A stretch of 64,000 nucleotides of DNA from Octopus sinensis. Lineage: Eukaryota. A program made the translations under genes and the position numbers. The stretch's first letter is position 1. Every line of letters starts with the position of its first letter. The stretch is from NCBI RefSeq assembly GCF_006345805.1, contig NC_043009.1:16430001-16494000 (forward strand), read 5' to 3'. The notes below the pieces were generated by a model, which saw only the letters and a list, made by a program, of their open reading frames with translations, was not told the DNA's origin and searched no databases. Shown here piece by piece: positions 24,889 to 38,499 of the stretch.

Positions 24889-25120
24889 AAGGCGGCGAGC
24901 TGGCAGAATCGTTAGCGCGCCGGGCGAAATGCGTAGCCGTATTTCGTCTGCCGTTACGTTCTAAGTTCAAATTCCGCCGAGGTCGACTTTGCCTTTCATC
25001 CTTTCGGGGTCGATAAATTAAGTACCAGTTACATACTGGGGTCGATATAATCGACTTAATCCGTTTGTATGTCCTTGTTTGTCCCCTCTGTGTTTAGCCC
25101 CTTGTGGGTAGTAAAGAAAT
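24889..25120 (+). mobile_element. SINE family B, full length, with 20-bp target-site duplication
   Basis: AGGTATGAAGCAAGCGCTGG at 24864-24883 and 25121-25140. The central GCCTTTCATCCTTTCGGGGTCGATAAA resembles the MetaSINE domain as I recall it. Confidence 0.93.
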
Positions 25121-25729
25121 AGGTATGAAGCAAGCGCTGGTCATTTCCACTTTCTTGTCAGAAGGCTTACCCTTTAAGCTATCTCTGAACATCCTGACTG
25201 GATTTTGATTTCTTTCCAACGAGAATATTAATTTATATAATCCTTGCTAAATAATTAAATCCTTGAGGAAATACAACTTGGGCAGCGTTTCGAACCCAAC
25301 ATCTAAACTTGTTAACTACGGTTTCATATTCAATTTTGTCTTTGTTTAGCCTCTCTACGTCTGCCCCGACTGAGCAGGCTCATAATCAAAAGCATTCCAG
25401 GTGTAGCCATCCTGTCTTTTTATATAACAAGATCTACATTCTCCAGTGTAGCCTTCTTTAACACAGTAACGTCTCATGTGAGGAAAGTGAGGTAATATTT
25501 ATAATTAGCCAACCGGATGCGCTGAGTATTTCTTATAACACAAGATGCTATCTAATAATTCCATTGACGTCGAGACTAGAATGCAAATTAAACCCAGTAC
25601 TGTGTCCAGAAATTGGCCTCGTTGGAATCTGAACTCAGAACGTAAAAAAGAGGTAATTATATGCTGCAAGACCATCCCTCTATCTATACACTTTAAAATC
25701 TGATGCTAAATTTGCATCATATAATTATA

Positions 25730-25779
25730 GCAGACAGACAGACGGACAAATACATACATACATACATGGACAGATAGAC

Positions 25780-25863
<84 letters not shown>

Positions 25864-25865
25864 TA
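25730..25865. repeat. (GACA)n/(GATA)n microsatellite
   Basis: Directly visible; similar arrays at 34520-34635, 42484-42830 and 50015-50090. Confidence 0.95.
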
Positions 25866-25957
25866 ACATAAATACGCATATATATGTATATTAATACACA
25901 TACATACATACATACATACATGTGTACATGCATACCTACATACGCACATACATACCT

Positions 25958-26188
25958 ATTTCTTTATTACCCACAAGGGGCTAAACATAGAGGGGACAAA
26001 CAAGGACAGACATATGTATTAAGTCGATTACATCGACCCCAGTGCGTAACTGGTACTTAATTTATCGATCTCGAAAGAATGAAAGGCAAAGTCGGCCTCG
26101 GTGGAATTTGAACTCAGAACGTAACGGCAGACGAAATACGGCTACGCATTTCGCCCGGCGTGCTAGCGATTCTGCCAGCTCGCCACCT
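25958..26188 (-). mobile_element. SINE family B, full length, in (CATA)n
   Basis: Reverse complement of 24889-25120. Confidence 0.92.
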
Positions 26189-26251
26189 ACCCACCTACAT
26201 ACATACATACATACATACATACATACATACATACATACATACATACATACA

Positions 26252-26285
<34 letters not shown>

Positions 26286-26544
26286 AACGAATGCATTAAA
26301 GTATGTATATATGTATGACTATATAATTTATTTCGGCTGAATTGTATGGCTGTTTCTCTGGAGTTTCTCAGATTGCTTATCATACACCTGCTTCACAGGA
26401 TGAAGAATAAACAACGACCAAGGTGACAAATTGAAATATCCAGCTTGTTGCTTAGCAACGGGCTTTTACCCTCACTTCCTTGCTTTAATTGTGAAAGAGG
26501 ATATAAGTCAAAGCATTCGGATTAAGAAGGAAGTAATAGGAGAG

Positions 26545-26745
26545 AGTAAAGTATAACAATGGCACTCCGTCGGTCAACGACGAGGATTTCAGTTGATCTG
26601 ATTTACGGAACAGCTTGATCGTGAAGTTAACGTGCAAGTGGCTGAGTACTCCACAGACACGTGTACCCTTAACGTAGTTCTTGGGGAGATTCAGCGTGAC
26701 ACAGAATGTGACAAGGTTGATTCTTTGAAATAAATAAAGGTACAA
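26545..26745 (-). repeat. Probable 3' part of another SINE-like repeat
   Basis: GC-richer block (TGGCACTCCGTCGG...GATTCAGCGTGACACAGA) that I recognise as a common octopus-type repeat; single copy here, so not confirmed internally. Confidence 0.45.
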
Positions 26746-26896
26746 TAGCGACTTAAATATGGGATTTGGGGAGCAGGTATATAACTTTGATGAATATTAG
26801 GAAAGGGCTGGAGGAAAGAGATTGAATAGAGAGGAGAAAAAGAGGAAGCTTAGTGCTATGAGATGATACATAGAATTGATTTATTAGAAATGCACG

Positions 26897-27317
26897 AGGC
26901 GCAGGAGTGGCTGTGTGGTAAGTAGCTTGCTTACCAACCACATGGTTCCGGGTTCAGTCCCATTGCGTGACATCTTGGGCAAGTGTCTTCTACTATAGCC
27001 CCGGGCCGCCTAAAGCCTTGTGAGTGGATTTGGTAGACGGAAACTGAAAGAAGCCCGTCGTATATATGTATATATATATATATATGTGTGTGTGTGTATG
27101 TTCGTGTGTCTGTGTTTGTACCCCTAGCATTGCTTGACAACCGATGGTGGTGTGTTTACGTCGCCGTCACTTAGCGGTTCGGCAAAAGAGAGCGATAGAA
27201 TAAGTACTGGGCTTACAAAGAATAAGTCCCGGGTCGATTTGCTCGACTAAAGGCGGTGCTCCAGCATGGCCGCAGTCAAATGACTGAAACAAGTAAAAGA
27301 GTGAAAAGAGAGTAAAG
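26897..27317 (+). mobile_element. SINE family A, full length
   Basis: AGGCGCAGGAGTGGCTGTGTGGTAAG head, B box GGTTCAGTCCC, tail AAGTAAAAGAG. Confidence 0.93.
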
Positions 27318-29142
27318 TATACCGGCCCTAGTACACAATTCTGGAAGGATGAAAGGCAATATTGACTTCAGCAGGGTTTGAACTGAGAATGTAAAGAGCT
27401 GGTACAAATATTGCAAGGCAGCATTAAATAAGTCCAAATACGTTAAATAAGACACAAGGTAAAATATTAAATATTACACTAGGTTTGAATGATATGAATG
27501 ATTGCTTAGATGGAGTAGATATAGGGTGGCAGACTGCAACATGCTCGTAACTAGCTAATTATCCACCAAAATGGAGGCTTCAAAGTGCAGATAATAAAGG
27601 TTTGTTACTTAATTGCATACTCAGTGGACTACGGGTGCATTCGGACCTTACCTGGCAGTTGCTTGAATACATAAATGCATTTATAAGAGAGGAGAGAGGA
27701 GGGACAGGAAATCAGGTTTTATCCAATCGTTTAAAAACATGAAGTTTAGAAATGGCGACATATAACTGCAGTTACTGGAGCAACTCGTACTTATCTTTGA
27801 CGACTTGGGAAACATAAGACTAAAATGATGTTAGAGACACCAGTTGTTATCTGTTTGATATATCTTTTATCGTAATCCATTTGAAACCTGAGCTGCATGT
27901 ATTTATTAGAAATGAGATGGGTTAATTAGACTGTTTCAACATCCTGCTAGAGGTCAGCACCACCGGTTTGTATTCTCTTACTTCTCTGTCCAATAAAATG
28001 TTTTTACTTCTTTTGCTTTTTAATATTTTTTTGCCTTTAGTAATATAATCTAGTCGAACGAATCTTCATGAAAATTTAACTACCTCAAACTATTAACGAA
28101 AATAACCATATAATTTAATCTATTGCAATTGTTTTCTTTTGTACCATGCAATAATCTATAGTCGCAACTTAAATGCCGCTCATCTAAACATTTTTAGAGG
28201 AAAGGCAATGCAATTTGTCAGCTTAAAAGTTATAACTTCCTGAAACCAAATCGGTACTTTTGAGAACGCATTGTTTTTGTCCGGTAAATTTTTAATGAAA
28301 ATGTTATAGATATTATAAGAGCCAATCCTTCGACAGGATGTTAACAAAAAGTTAATCTGTATCAAACCTCGTACATGCTCATTAGGGTGGAACATATTCC
28401 AGTTTCTATGGCGTATAAGCGACAGTGAGTACAAAACGAAAAGGACTCCAGTTCATGACAGGGTTGACCCGATACCAGCCGTTGCTGCAATTATTTTCAG
28501 CTAGTGAACTTGGACAACGTGACACAACGCACCACCAAAGCCAAAGACCTTTCAATTGTAAACCACATATATAAGTTTTATACCATAAATGTGAGAGAAG
28601 CTATAAAGTGAAAGTAATGGTTTCTCTTTCTGCTAAGATATATATATATATATATATAAACTTACTTAGACATGGATGCATGGCGTTAAATGCTGAATGC
28701 TCGAAATGAGGAGTAGATAGACAGCCGACAACTGATGAAGGGTCTTCCTTTCCCTGTGTTTACTTGTCCTGTTTTCCATTTTTTTCTCGTTATGTATTTC
28801 ATGCTGTTTGAACCGTTGGTGATGTCCTGTACCCATATATGTATTATTACATATATATGTGTGTGTTTGTGTGTCTACATATATATATATATATATATAT
28901 AAATTGAAAAAGTTCGTTATAGCTAATAAAGATACCATAAACAATTATAAAAATGGGGAAAAGATGTTAAAAAATCAAAATTAGACTTAATTTAGATTTA
29001 ATAAGTTCATATTCTTATTGCTTATTCTATCAGGATATTTCTGAAAATGATGAATTTTTATTAGAAATTACTTTCTCTCTTTGTGGACTCCTCAAAATGT
29101 TTGAATTGTTCTACTTGAACTTATATTTTTTCATATATATAT

Positions 29143-30830
29143 ACTAGCCTAAAAGCCGCACTTTGTTCCCATAATAACGTGGATCCATCGTGTGCGTTGA
29201 TGTCACACACCAGTGAGTGATGAAATGGCCTGTAGTAGTAAAGTGAGTGGCGACATGCGAAAGCGGTCGGCAAGGCGTTGACCTGTATCTCCAATGTAAA
29301 GTATACCACATAGTTTGAATATGATGCAATATATAAGATCAGATGTGCATCAGAAATTCTGAGTGATATAATACTAGGTGGTATCAAAAGGTTCCCGGAC
29401 TAGACTCGTTTAATAAAAAATAATTCATTTTCTAAATTTTTATCTTCATTTTCTAAATAGTCAATACACGGATCCCAGCGTTCCTGTCGCTTTTGGAATC
29501 CGGCCTGGAAGTCGTTTTCCGTAAGCGAGTAGAGGACCTTCTGCGATTTGCTCGGGATCTCGACAGCGGTGTTAAAACGGTGACCTTTGAGCAGAATTTT
29601 CATCTTGGGGAAGAGATGGAAATCCGTAGGTGCTAAATCTGCTGAATAGAGCGGGTGCGGAAGCGATACCATGTTGTTTTGGGGGAGAAACTCACAAGTG
29701 AGGAGAGCTCGGTGTCAGGGTGAAATGTCATCGTGAGAATCCAATTCTTTGCGCCCCACATATCCGGTTGCTTTCGCCGAATATCCTCCCTCAAACACTT
29801 CAAAACATCGCAGTAGAACTTTCGATTGACAGTTTGGCCCCGGGGGACGAATTCTCGGTGCACAATACCACATTTCCCGGGGTGACGCTCGTGGCACGTT
29901 TTTCAGACCGCTCGTCATCTTCCAGGGAAGTTCTTCCGCTTTTGAAGCGCCTGTGCCACTCGAAACATTGCGTGCAACCCATTGCCTTGTCGCCGTAAGC
30001 TTGCCGAAGCGTGCTCAATGTCTTTGTAGCAGACTTCCCAAGTTTAACGCAAAATTTCACGCCGTCTCGTTTTTCCAACTTCCTCTCCATGATGAAATCA
30101 AGGACCACAACATACACGTGATCACAAAAACACAAATTACACAACTTACGAAGTAAACACAGTGATGTCACTCAGCACACTGCCTCATGAAGGTCACTGC
30201 TAGCTCTCACTGCGCACGCAACCGTTTGCTGCCATCTGTTGGTGCACTACAGAACTAGTCCCGGTACGTTTTGGTACCACTATAAGGACTTAGGCCCAAT
30301 GAGGACTGTAGTGTTGTTAATGTGGGAGCAGGTGTTGCATTGTCGGTGAGTGCATTTAAAAATACCTGGTTGAGTTGGATTGGGTTCTGTGAAGCTACTT
30401 ACTCGGAGATTTCCTATCTTCTTTGAAGGCAAGTAGTAAGTAATGCTGGAAAAATAGTTACGGTTGTGAAGCCAGAAGAAGAATTCGAAAGTTGCGAATC
30501 AGTTTATTTTCCAATGGGGGGAGGGCGGGCGAGTGGAAGATGAGAGAGAGATAGATGGGAATACAGACTGAAGGCATAGGTAAAGAGTGTAAGAGAGCAG
30601 TGGCACAGCTGATGGCCTGGGTCCAGCGAAGTACCAGCTCCACAACTAATCGATTCAAGAAAACTTGTTGCTTTCTTTCTCATTTGGATTCGAAATTTAG
30701 ATCAATGTTGTAGAGTCAGTAAAGGCGAATAGAATTGAAAAAGATGGTAGAGAAGATCTGGTGTTTCGTGTGAGAAGTATAGAGATGATAGGAGTAGGAG
30801 TCATGTTTAAATGAACTATCTTATTTTCTA
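29143..30830 (-). mobile_element. Decayed Penelope-like element (RT thumb, Cys linker, GIY-YIG), split by the mariner at 29374-30282
   Basis: PGIFKCTHRQCNTCSHINN..IGPKS ends at ~30285; after the mariner it continues CTSD..YCIIFKLCGILYIGDTGQRLADRF..VATHF (29370-29200). Confidence 0.8.
29374..30282 (-). mobile_element. Internally deleted mariner (family M1)
   Basis: TIRs at both ends with flanking TA; MERKLEKRDGVKFCVKLGKSAT, WHRRFKSGRTSLEDDERS and YSADLAPTDFHLFPK. Confidence 0.93.
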
Positions 30831-31215
30831 CTCTTACACCTTTTACTTCATTAAACCCTCAGCTTCTCTCTAACTTCATCTTTTCCCTTCACCTCACTCT
30901 CGACTTTGCTCGCTTCTCCTCGTCTTCATTGTAATCCTCTTTTCTTCTACCTGTCAATGAGTTTCTATATAAACCCCTTAACCTCCTTTTTCTTTGTCTT
31001 TTGGACCGATATCTTTCTCTCAGATCGCGTTGTTTTAGCGTGTTCACTATGCTCTTTATTACGCTTTCATCTCCGTGTTTACACCCTGCTCTTTGGCTTC
31101 TATACATGAAAAGAACCTAATTATCGTACGACCAAACAAAACCTGCTTTTAAGCACAATATGCTACTTAATATTCTCTTTAACCTTCTCCAACTATGCAT
31201 CATCTATCTGTACGC

Positions 31216-31294
<79 letters not shown>

Positions 31295-31302
<8 letters not shown>

Positions 31303-31456
31303 TATATTAAATTAGAGATAAAACCACTATTAGGCAAATCAAACAGTGAAAAACATAAGCCAATACATAAAATTAATTTAAAATATAAAAGTTAAAAATA
31401 AAAATAAAAATAAAAATTATTTAAATAATTTAAACTTATAAATGTTATATATATAT

Positions 31457-31512
<56 letters not shown>

Positions 31513-31915
31513 ATTTTTATATTTATATATTATTTTATTTATTAATTAATTAATTAATTTTTTTTTTATATATATATATCAAAAGTATGAAAAGTTTAAT
31601 AAAAGATATCTTTTATTAAACTTTTAATACTGTTGATATATATAAAAAAATTAATTAATTAATTAATTAATTAATTAATTAATTAATTAATTAATAAAAT
31701 AATATATAAATATAAAAATATACATACATATATATATATATATTTGTATATATATATATAAAATTTATAAGTTTAAATTATTTAAATAATTTTTATTTTT
31801 ATTTTTATTTTTAACTTTTATATTTTAAATTAATTTTATGTATTGGCTTATGTTTTTCACTGTTTGATTTGCCTAATAGTGGTTTTATCTCTAATTTAAT
31901 ATAATATAATATAAT
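31295..31915. repeat. ~620-bp AT-rich palindrome with no spacer
   Basis: Centre GAT|ATC at 31607/31608; ATTAGAGATAAAACCACTATTAGGCAAATCAAACAGTG at 31311 mirrors 31858-31895. Confidence 0.93.
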
Positions 31916-32005
31916 ATATTTATACTATAAAATTGGATTTAATCCTAAATCTCATTTTTCCCTGTAAGTTTGGATTTATTCCCTAATATTATTATATATA
32001 TATAC

Positions 32006-33130
32006 AGGTGTGATAGAAGTAAATTGACACTATTGTAATCATTAAAATTTATTTAAATTTGAAATTATTACAATGTGAATACTAAATATTTAGTAGGCAT
32101 GCCCTTTGCATTTTTCAATGCAAGGACCCTATTAGGCATGTTACTGATAGATTGATGAATATTCTCTTGTGGAATTTCTTGCCAAGTTTCATGCAGTAAT
32201 CTCAAAAGATCTGGCTTTGAAGATACTTTCTTGTTGTTTTTATCAAGTGTCCGGTCCATTATGTCCCAGAGGTGTTCAATAGGGTTCATATCTAGTGACT
32301 GGCTTGACCATGGAAGCTTTTTAATGGCATTCTCATCCAACAAATCTTGGCTCATTTTAGCCTTGTGACATTCTTTAATCATTTTACCACTGGAGAAGAT
32401 TGGAAGGAGTCCTTAATGCAATATGGACACATATTTATCTGAGTTTGTTCCCCTCACACTCCATCAGCTCCGATCAACTATTGTTACAAATTGCTTCCCA
32501 CACCATCACAGAATATCTGCCGTGTTTCGTTGTTGGCTGCAATCTTTTCATATCAAATTCTTGATCACAGAATCTCCAGACCCACACTCGACCACTGTCA
32601 GGTAATTCAACAAAACTGGACTCATTAGAGAATATGACAGTGTCCCAAAATGTTAGTGGCCTCTCCACAATTTCACTGGCCCAATCTTTTTTCCGATTGA
32701 TGTTGGCGGGTCGAAGAAGTTACTTCCTTCTTACTGCTCTGCCATAGTAGCGAAGTTTGTGGAGATACCTGACAGCTGTTCTGGGACTAACATCAACTTA
32801 TTCTGCTATATCAGAGACTTTGCAACAAGGATTATCCTCTACAGTTCTCTTAACAAAGAGAAGGGTCCTGTCAGAGGGCCCTAGTTGATCTGGGCGAGGT
32901 GATGTGGACTCCTTCCTCTCTCTCTGGCGAATTATACAATCACTCCTTCCCCTCTCTGGTGAATTACACAAACTGAAGAAAGCGGGATCACAATGTTTTC
33001 TTCGATTTTACGCTGACTATGTCCACCTTCAGAATGACCCACAATAAGGTCTCTTTAAAATCCAGACAGTTCCAAAGCTTCTTTTGTATATGGTATGAGT
33101 AAACAGTCGCATATAGAACCTGAAACACAA
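32006..33130 (-). mobile_element. Decayed Tc1-family transposon
   Basis: VIFSNESSF, SVMVWEAI and LPWSSQSLDMNPIEHLW (DD34E-type); TA|CAGGTG terminus at 32006; other TIR not found. Confidence 0.88.
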
Positions 33131-33226
33131 AGATGTCAAATAATAAAGAAATATAAACCATTACAAGTTAGAATAAACATAAAACAATGTTTTGTGTAGT
33201 GCCTATTTATTTCTGTCATGTCTGTG

Positions 33227-33343
<117 letters not shown>

Positions 33344-33355
33344 ACATGTGTGTGT

Positions 33356-33411
<56 letters not shown>

Positions 33412-33414
33412 TAT

Positions 33415-34543
33415 ACGAAATGGAAAACAAAACAATAAATTGAACAATTATAAATTCAGTTCGATTTAAATATTTTATACCAACAAATGACACGTCTCAT
33501 AAATTACAGCTGTTTCCGCTTCATTAATAAAACGAAGTTTTTCAAGAATAATCAAATCCGTTTAAATAGGTAATGGTGCTTCATCAGATCGACATATCTC
33601 CTTCATTATTTCACGAAAAATATCAATTGAAAATATTCATAACTTCTAAGGCTTAAAAAGAAAACGCTTTTCGAGAGCGAGCTTAAATGAAATTACGTAA
33701 ACTCCTAACTTTGAATCTATAAATATTCAGTTCTCTAACCGATTTTATTGCACAATGCATACATTCATATATACATATTTATATATACGTGTATATACAC
33801 ACAGATACCTATCATTTATGTATACATACATACACACACACGTATATATATATGCATATACACATACGCAAGTTTAGTTATTCATCTATATATATATATA
33901 TATATACATATATCTATTTTTTACACTTGTACTTTCCATATGATAAAGGTAAATCTTTTTTTCTGCTCTGTAAGGAAGAACTCTATCTAATCCTGTTCTC
34001 AGAGAATGCTCTTGTAAACACGTTTAAAGAACGCGTTTATGGTTGCAAACATTGGCAAAAACATACCTTTAGTTCCTATAAGTAATTTCTACCAATCTAT
34101 AAAATTCGACCTTTAACTGTCTTCCTACATTTCACTTCCCCTAAATATATCTATTTCCACGCCTTTAAACATTATTCCCATTCATCTATCACACTATATT
34201 TCTCCACTCTTGGTATTCTGTTAAGTTCCTTCTTTCTCCTCCTTCTCTTTCTCTAAATGAATTTGACGTTAAATCTATTCACGGTTTCTTTTTAAATAAC
34301 TTGCCAGCGTTCTCTTCATCATATACGCAGTCATCACATTCGGTTAAAATGGCTTAACAATGTGCTTTATTTCTCTTTTTTCCCAGATAAGAAGATCGCA
34401 TTGTTTTACATCATTTTATACCCTCTGGAATAATACCAATGTTTTCTTCGAAACATATGTCAGAAGTATATAGATTTGAATAACACCTGTGTTTAACTCC
34501 ATTTCTTTATTTATCTTATAGACAGACAGACAGACAGACAGAC

Positions 34544-34636
<93 letters not shown>

Positions 34637-34647
34637 TCCATATACAG

Positions 34648-34685
<38 letters not shown>

Positions 34686-35925
34686 ACCTACATAGATCAT
34701 CAATAAGTTTCTATTTACATGCTCACATCTTTAGAATGGGGAAATATTAATTAAGTTCTATTTATAATTTTTAATTACAATTATGAAAGTTATTAATTTA
34801 CTTTAAAATAGTTAAATATATCGGTTATGAGGTATCGATATGACAGCCTATTAATTATAAACATAATAAAAATCATTTATATCTAATAAATGCATATTTA
34901 TTTTTATGTAGGCAAGAAATATTTTTTCATCCCTCAGGTTGAGTAAAGGAAATGCAGCCATTAAAATAAATAATTTCTCATTCAAACAAAGAAGACACTT
35001 CTTATAGCTTATATTGTAACTGGGTGCAGTCACCAAGATATCCCATTCGAGATTAAAATTCATTTTTTATCTTTAAGCTCCCAAATGAATTTACTTAGAC
35101 TCGTTAAATTCTGTCTTTTCCTTTACCGAAATGTATATAAATGTGTCGAAAGACGCTTCTTCATTTCATTTTTTGTTGATCCAATATAAATATATTTATT
35201 ATTAATTTCTGTGGTAACTTTACACTGATATACTACATTTTCCAATTTACACACATTTTTAACCATACAGCTATCTTTATTTTTACAATCACAGGTTTTA
35301 TAAGAATAATCCTTTATATTAGTTGAGGAGGAGGCTTTACATGTAACTGGTTTCTGATCGTTCTTAATAATATTATGTTTATTAATGGAATACTTAATAG
35401 TATTGCTACTAATATCTTCTACATTGAACCGAGCAGTAGGGGAGTTATTATTGACACATTTTCTATTTGCATAAAATAAATATAATTTTTTATTATTTAT
35501 AGAAGCTATAATAGTAGCTAAGTTATGAGTCAAACTATATCCTAAATGAATGTGTGTATTGTGGAAAAAAATCAGTTATCGAACTGAATATTTATAGATT
35601 TAAGTTTAGGAATTTACGTAATTTCAGTCAGATTATCTACTTATCTATGATTAAGCACGCTCTCAAAAAGCGTTTTTTTTAAAGCCTTAGAAGTTATGAA
35701 TATTTTCAATTGATATTTTTCGTGAAATAATGAAAGACATATGTCGAGCTGATGAAGCATCATTACATATTTGAACGGATTTTATTATTCTTGAAAAACT
35801 TCGTTTTATTAATGAAGCAGAAATGGATGTAATTTATGAGATGTGTCATTTGTTTTTATGAAATATTTAAATCGAATTGAATTTATAATTGTTCAATTTA
35901 TTGTTTTGTTTTCCATTTTTGTTTA
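33415..35925 (-). mobile_element. Penelope-like element: GIY-YIG remnant (34851-35533) between inverted pseudo-LTRs (33415-33770 and 35545-35925)
   Basis: CDCKNKDSC...NVVYQCKV...YIGSTKNEMKKRLSTH and CLLCLNEK; the two ~360-bp flanks are diverged reverse complements. Confidence 0.88.
33489..33598 (-). ncRNA. Hammerhead-like motif with long stem II insert (decayed mirror copy at 35737-35850, + strand)
   Basis: GATATGTC gat CTGATGA AGC...GCG GAAAC AGCT GTA att...GACGTGTC; palindromic stem III, GUA triplet, weak stem II. Confidence 0.6.
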
Positions 35926-36180
35926 TATTTGTATATTAATAAACTGTATGTTTATTTCTTATTTATCTATTGGAATAACATTGTTATTAACATAGATAAT
36001 ATAAACCAGTAAATTCTTCGGATATTTAATATCTCTTAGGTGAATTTTACACCAAGCTAAATTGTTATATATATATATATAAGTTCAGCAAAATTTAGAT
36101 TCAAATGAATATGGTACTTAAGTAAGATGGACCAGAATTTTGTACGGTATTATCCATATACATCCATGGGGTGTAAGCAA

Positions 36181-36275
36181 CAAAGTAAGCAACAATAATA
36201 TCTTCGGTAATTTGGTACGATGTAGCATGAAACGATCGTACTAACTTACCGAAGATATTCTTGTTGCTTACTTTG
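36181..36275. repeat. 95-nt hairpin (41-bp arms, 3 mismatches, 13-nt loop)
   Basis: 36181-36221 versus the reverse complement of 36235-36275. Confidence 0.92.
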
Positions 36276-36294
36276 AATATATATATATATATAT

Positions 36295-36456
<162 letters not shown>

Positions 36457-36489
36457 CATACGTACAATTATTCATGTATGCATATATTT

Positions 36490-36817
36490 AGGACACCCTT
36501 CGATCATGAAGGAATTTGGGTTTGCACCTAGAAAGTTACCCTCTGAGGCACAAGTCCGAGGAAGTTGTTTATGGAAGACCAGCAGTCGCCCATGCATACC
36601 GGCCTCCCCTCTCCACGCGCCACCGATGTTATCCAAGGGAAAGGCAAAGGTCAAAACAGATTGGCACCAGTGACGTCATAACTCATTTATGTGAATTGGA
36701 GCAACGTGAAATAAAGTGTGTTGCCCAATAACGCAACACACAGTCCGGTCCGAGAATCGAACTCATTACCTATTGATTGTGAGCCCGGCGCTCTAACCTC
36801 TGAGCCATGCACTTTCA
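36490..36817 (-). mobile_element. SINE family C (tRNA head); fragments also at 52871-53015, 1101-1138 and ~28470-28560
   Basis: Head TGGCTCAGAGGTTAGAGCG...GAGTTCGATTCTC; shared 3' block CCTTCG.TCATGAA...GCACCTAGAAAGTTACCCTC. Confidence 0.82.
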
Positions 36818-36861
36818 GATGCATACATGCACGAACACACACACGTGTGTGTGTGTGTGTG

Positions 36862-36894
<33 letters not shown>

Positions 36895-36906
36895 CTGTCT
36901 GCGTGC

Positions 36907-36940
<34 letters not shown>

Positions 36941-36944
36941 CTGC

Positions 36945-36986
<42 letters not shown>

Positions 36987-38499
36987 TCTGATCTAATCTG
37001 TCTACATGATTTCCTCTCATGCATTTAGAGTATATTCAAGAATGAAATGCTTGCTTAATGAGTTTGATTTTCCTAAAAGCCTTGCTTTCTCTGTACTCAG
37101 GGTTACGTTGAACTTATCCTCCATAAATACATACAGAACTAATCTTTTGATTATAATATATTCAATATTATATAACATGTGTCATACATTATACAAATAA
37201 TTGTTAAATTAATCAATAATTATTAACTAAAATAGTAATTAAGTAAAGATAATTATCGAAATAATTAGACGGCTTAGCGTTAAATATGGGAGCCTGTATG
37301 AAACAGATCAAAGGATGAGATTCCTCCTCCTATTGTGTGTATCTCGTTGTTTTGTGTTTTAGTACAGATTACGTTGATTTATTTTCTTTATTCATGTTTT
37401 AGTTTGGGTCAGCAATTATAACCTTTAGAGGTCCGCCAAGAAATCAATCAATGGTCGATGAATAGATTAAACATCTTTAGCACAACGGTTTCAGGAAAAG
37501 CACGGGCATGAAGGGATTTTTAAATTGTTGGCATTCTGTGAAAGAGGTAAAGGGCAAAGTAGTTATGTGTGGCTGTTGCAGTAATATATAGTAGAAGAGA
37601 TATTAGTAGAGGAGAGTAATGCTATCAGTGAAACGTGAAGGTTTGCGTGCAGTTTATATACAACTATTGAGTTCAAAAGAGCAGAATGACGAGAACGTCT
37701 CTTTGTAGCAAATTGTTAAATATATACTTTATCAACAGGATACAATTATTTGGATGCGAACTGGAATATTTGTGTGTGTTGGAAACGCACTGTCCAAAAT
37801 ATAGGGACGGAATGCTTCCCTACAGGTCTTGGTCTTTATAGGTACATGGAAGTATTTTCTAGAACCGAAGAAAATACTAGTTTTGGGAGAGGGAAAATAT
37901 TTATCTCCATTATAAATGTGAAGCTACCATCACAGATTGTCGGGAAATGTGGTATAAAGATTTTGTAGAGGGTTTTAGCTGGCTAGTGTCATAGACTGAA
38001 AAGTCAGTGGTATAAATTGTAGAATAACTACAATGGCTGATCTAAACAGCTTTTGAAATGGCGGTGGGGAGCAATACCAAGTGAACTGCTTGAGATGGCA
38101 CCACTCAAGACTAAAACTAGTTAGCAGAGGTCTGTTGCAATTTCATCACCCGATATTACCTTTCATTCCACGTGTACTACAGAGAATGGTCCCGAAACAG
38201 TAGAGATTGGTCACTCACTGGAAAGTTGAAAGCCATCGTAAACAAATCCACGCCACTATCATTTCTTCATGCAAATAAGTTCTTCAACATTTATGTTTTA
38301 TTTATTTTGCTTGAAAAACCTAACATCGATCGGATAAGGAAGTTGGAAACAGATTTAGTATTGCTTCAGGTTTCTAGTCTAGATCTGCACAATGGCACCA
38401 GATGTATGACAGCTGTCTTCTCCTGATCTAATGGCTACCTGAGAGTTCATGTTCTACATCAGTATCTGGGTGTTATTATATCTAGGAATAGCGCTGCCC

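Noticed and set aside
26897-26970. tRNA gene
   Set aside because: A and B boxes are present but continue into a SINE body; a SINE head, not a tRNA.
27430-27960. Possible LINE C-terminal relic
   Set aside because: Only a vague GG-RG-like motif; too decayed to assign.
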